Assembly (NCBI RefSeq): GCF_051307035.1
Contig: NZ_CP195536.1
Coordinates: 510,001 to 542,000, forward strand
Origin: Psychrobacter sp. DM4
GTDB taxonomy: Bacteria > Pseudomonadota > Gammaproteobacteria > Pseudomonadales > Moraxellaceae
DNA length: 32,000 bases
Direction: 5' to 3'
Shown here: positions 29,481-32,000 of the stretch, piece by piece
Position numbering within the stretch: position 1 is the stretch's first letter
Layout: each line of letters opens with the position of its first letter
Position numbers and translations under genes: made by a program
Notes under the pieces: generated by a model
Seen by the model: only the letters and a program-made list of their open reading frames with translations
What the model was told of the DNA's origin: nothing
The model's database searches: none

Positions 29481-30350
29481 TTAATCAAAGCGATAAATAT
29501 CCATACCTAAGCTGTGATGCGCCATACTCTGATGAACCACAGAGACGCGCTGTCCTACGCCAAGCGCAAAAAATAGCGGCAATAAGTGCTCATCGCTTGG
29601 ATGGATATCGCGATAGTCAGGGTACTGTTGCCAATCTAACGCCGCTGGAATATCAGACTTGAGCTGCTGTAATAGCCACACCTTAAAATCATTTGCGCAT
29701 CGATCCACGCTATCAGCCTCCCACCGCATTGCCTGCAAATTATGAGTGATATTACCTGAGCCGATGATTAATATTTGTTGACGACGCAAGCGCGCCAATT
29801 GTGCCCCTAACTGATAGCAAGCGACACTATCATAGTGACGCGGCAGAGAGATTTGTACGATAGGCACATCCGCCTCTGGATATAGATGACGAAGCGGCGA
29901 CCAAACGCCATGATCCCAAACCCGCACAGGATTCACGCTACAAGTAATCCCGCGCGCTGTTAATTGCTGAGCAAGTGACTCTGCGAGTGGCGCCTGACCC
30001 GCCGCAGGGTAATTAAGATCATAAAGCGCATCATCAAACCCCGAAAAATCATGCCACGTTTTGGGCTTTGGATTGCTACTAACCTCAAGCTTGGTAGAGT
30101 GCCAATGCGCGGACATGATAATGATAGCGCGCGGTTTGGGTAGATTGTGACCCATACGCGCCAGAGCGTTGGTCGTCGCCGATTGCTCAATAGCGAGCGT
30201 TGGCGCGCCATGAGATATGAACAGTGCCGGTAGGCGAGCGGCGTTCTTTAGCCCAACAGGTGTATCCGCCCAAGCGACTGCACCTGTGATAGGAGTAGCC
30301 GCTTTGCGCGGTTTAAAATTAGGAGGTGTGGCAAATCTTGATTGGCTCAT
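29481..30350 (-). CDS. LigB-family extradiol ring-cleavage dioxygenase, YgiD / 4,5-DOPA-dioxygenase-like
   Basis: 289 aa. FISHGAPT near the N-terminus, SAHW, and the GSGNITHNL block, as in class III extradiol dioxygenases of the YgiD type. It has an N-terminal extension of about 25 aa over E. coli YgiD as I recall it. Confidence 0.8.
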   Translation of the reverse strand: MSQSRFATPPNFKPRKAATPITGAVAWADTPVGLKNAARLPALFISHGAPTLAIEQSATTNALARMGHNLPKPRAIIIMSAHWHSTKLEVSSNPKPKTWHDFSGFDDALYDLNYPAAGQAPLAESLAQQLTARGITCSVNPVRVWDHGVWSPLRHLYPEADVPIVQISLPRHYDSVACYQLGAQLARLRRQQILIIGSGNITHNLQAMRWEADSVDRCANDFKVWLLQQLKSDIPAALDWQQYPDYRDIHPSDEHLLPLFFALGVGQRVSVVHQSMAHHSLGMDIYRFD

Positions 30351-30462
30351 TTAGCATTTATTAGGGCGTAAGTGGGTTTTTCAATCGCTAGAAGGGATGA
30401 TATTTTATGAAAAAAGGTATAGACATAGGTATTTTGATCGACGGAACACTTCTTCTTTAACA

Positions 30463-30951
30463 TCAGTTACCACGATGATAAGGGTGATTATTATTGATAC
30501 TCATCGCGCGATACAGCTGCTCCATGAGTACGACTCGTACTAGTGGATGAGGCATCGTCAGCGCTGATAATGACCATTTCATATCAGCTTTTGACAATAG
30601 GTCAGGTGAGACACCGTCTGCGCCGCCAATGACCAGCGCGATATCATCGCCCTGTATCATCGCCTCGCTAAGCTTATCCGCTAGGCCCTCAGTCGAGAGC
30701 ATTTTGCCCTTGACGTCGAGTACCCACAACTGCTCGCGCCCAGTATCATTATGTGCGGCGAGTATCGTTTGACCCTCTGTCTCTCGGTACTGAGCCAAAT
30801 TGGCATCCGAAGGGTTTTTAGCGCGTTTAGCAGCAGCCAGCTCTATCACTTCAGTGCTGAGCATAGGTTGAATGCGTTTGTGATACTCATTAAAACCGCT
30901 TTGTATCCAACTGGGCATTTTGTTACCAACTGTCAAAATCCGCACTTTCAT
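30463..30951 (-). CDS. rlmH: 23S rRNA (pseudouridine1915-N3)-methyltransferase (SPOUT family)
   Basis: Start moved to the ATG at 30951, with AGGAG 7 nt upstream. MKVRILTVG start, IGGADG motif, C-terminal LSALTMPH...EQLYRA....HPYH, all typical of RlmH. About 162 aa. Confidence 0.9.
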   Translation of the reverse strand: MKVRILTVGNKMPSWIQSGFNEYHKRIQPMLSTEVIELAAAKRAKNPSDANLAQYRETEGQTILAAHNDTGREQLWVLDVKGKMLSTEGLADKLSEAMIQGDDIALVIGGADGVSPDLLSKADMKWSLSALTMPHPLVRVVLMEQLYRAMSINNNHPYHRGN

Positions 30952-31098
30952 ATGTATCACTCCTGGTTATCGTTAAGATAACTTTACAAACAAAAATTCG
31001 TTAGTTTTAAGTTTTATGCTCTACTAAGCCGAGATAAACAAAGCTTATTATGTTTATTTATCTCAAAATATCTCATTATAAAATCAATGGAGCTGATT

Positions 31099-31545
31099 AT
31101 GAAACGTGTAACATCAATGGTACTAGGTTTTAGTGCAAGCGCTCTACTGTCCACCTCTGCTCTTGCCGCCTCCTTAAATGGCACGCAATGGCAAACGGTA
31201 GACGACAAGACGGGTGAGAAAAAAGCCATTATCCAGTTAAATGAAAGTAGTGGCAAAGTATCAGGCAAAATCATTAAGGTTATGAATACCAAAGATGCCA
31301 AAGCACTGTGCGAAAAATGTCCTGGTAGTCTCAAAAATAAGCCCGTTGAAGGCTTGCAGATTCTGTCAGGACTAAAGGCAAACGGTAACAATCAATGGAG
31401 TGATGGTCAGCTTGTCGATCCAGAAACGGGCAAAGTCTATTCTGGTAAGTTGACTCTTAGCGATAACGGTAAAAGCCTAAAACTACGTGGTTATGTGGGC
31501 TCACCCGTCTTTGGTCGCTCGCAAACTTGGCAACGTGTGAAGTAG
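31099..31545 (+). CDS. Secreted DUF2147-domain protein
   Basis: Start moved to the ATG at 31099, with GGAG 7 nt upstream. Signal peptide MKRVTSMVLGFSASALLSTSALA. G.W...DD.TG....I........G.I, C..C, and DG.L.DPE.GK.Y......L......L.LRGY.G....GR.Q.W.R match the DUF2147 pattern. Confidence 0.8.
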   Translation: MKRVTSMVLGFSASALLSTSALAASLNGTQWQTVDDKTGEKKAIIQLNESSGKVSGKIIKVMNTKDAKALCEKCPGSLKNKPVEGLQILSGLKANGNNQWSDGQLVDPETGKVYSGKLTLSDNGKSLKLRGYVGSPVFGRSQTWQRVK

Positions 31546-31574
31546 TTATTACAAAATAATCAATCAAGCTCAAC

Positions 31575-31606
31575 GGGAGTCTAATAGCAGTGGACTCCCT
31601 ATTTTT
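31575..31606 (+). terminator. Rho-independent terminator of the DUF2147 gene
   Basis: Stem gggagtc (31575-31581) / gactccc (31593-31599), followed by tattttt. Confidence 0.7.
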
Positions 31607-31684
31607 GTATGCAAATGTCGTAGCGCTTGTATAAACGCTTATTACTAGCTGATCGATAAATACATTTATCTGCTATCTGCAAGA

Positions 31685-32000
31685 TCAATCAATTAGAGGC
31701 TGTAGGGTCTCAGACACGCGTGCATCCTCTTTATTCTCTTTGCCTTCTTTTTCTTTGGGTTTTTTGAGGATAGTGAGTTTGGCATCAGACTCAAAGACTA
31801 CCGCTTCAATCTCATCAAAATCATTAGCGCCCTCAGAGCGCATGGCACATTCAACCTCTTGCTGAGTCAAACGCTCAGCGCGCAAAGCTTCAGGCAAGAA
31901 CTGTCCTTGATAAAAGACGATACGCGGGTCAGACAAAACAAACTGGCTAAATGGCGGCGAGATAGAAGCGTACTTAGTCACTAGGTATTGGAGGGCATAT
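31685..32000 (-). CDS. DUF421 (YetF-like) membrane protein; C-terminal part only, gene continues past the window end
   Basis: The reading frame stays open to position 32000; the track's start at 31981 is just the first GTG. The C-terminal domain pattern (G.....L...R.T..E...A.R..G......IE..V.E.D..L...) resembles the DUF421 C-terminal domain. K/E-rich tail. Confidence 0.55.
   Translation of the reverse strand, partial: YALQYLVTKYASISPPFSQFVLSDPRIVFYQGQFLPEALRAERLTQQEVECAMRSEGANDFDEIEAVVFESDAKLTILKKPKEKEGKENKEDARVSETLQPLID

Overview
This window looks like ordinary chromosomal core from a moderately AT-rich gammaproteobacterium. The protein sequences suggest Moraxellaceae, possibly Psychrobacter, but that is my inference and no search was run. 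I call 24 protein-coding genes, two of them truncated at the window edges, and one four-gene tRNA operon. In order: FAD-oxidase fragment, serA, trhO, a Sel1-repeat protein, metX-metW, hemH, an acidic small protein, an SDR, a membrane ORF, polA, ohr, prfC, an FHA protein, trpE, tRNA Thr-Tyr-Gly-Thr with tuf, rimI, a MerR regulator, aat, trxB, ftsK, an amidase, a LigB/YgiD-type dioxygenase, rlmH, a DUF2147 protein and a DUF421 fragment. Most genes are followed by clear hairpin-plus-T-tract terminators. I saw no transposase, integrase, phage gene, CRISPR array, toxin-antitoxin pair or defence-type gene. I do not see a convincing new multi-gene system and will not claim one. The items most worth a second look are: (1) an orphan, tail-anchored FHA-domain protein with a long low-complexity linker and an internal repeat; (2) a 115-bp MITE/REP-like element with perfect 17-bp terminal inverted repeats, sitting where the conserved tufB-secE-nusG linkage is broken; (3) an 18-bp tandem repeat that reiterates the last codons plus stop codon of rimI about four times and fills the rimI/merR convergent gap; (4) a very acidic 112-aa protein downstream of the SDR gene; (5) a perfect 22-bp palindrome just upstream of ftsK. 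All functional calls rest on my reading of conserved motifs in the translated ORFs. No alignments or database searches were run.
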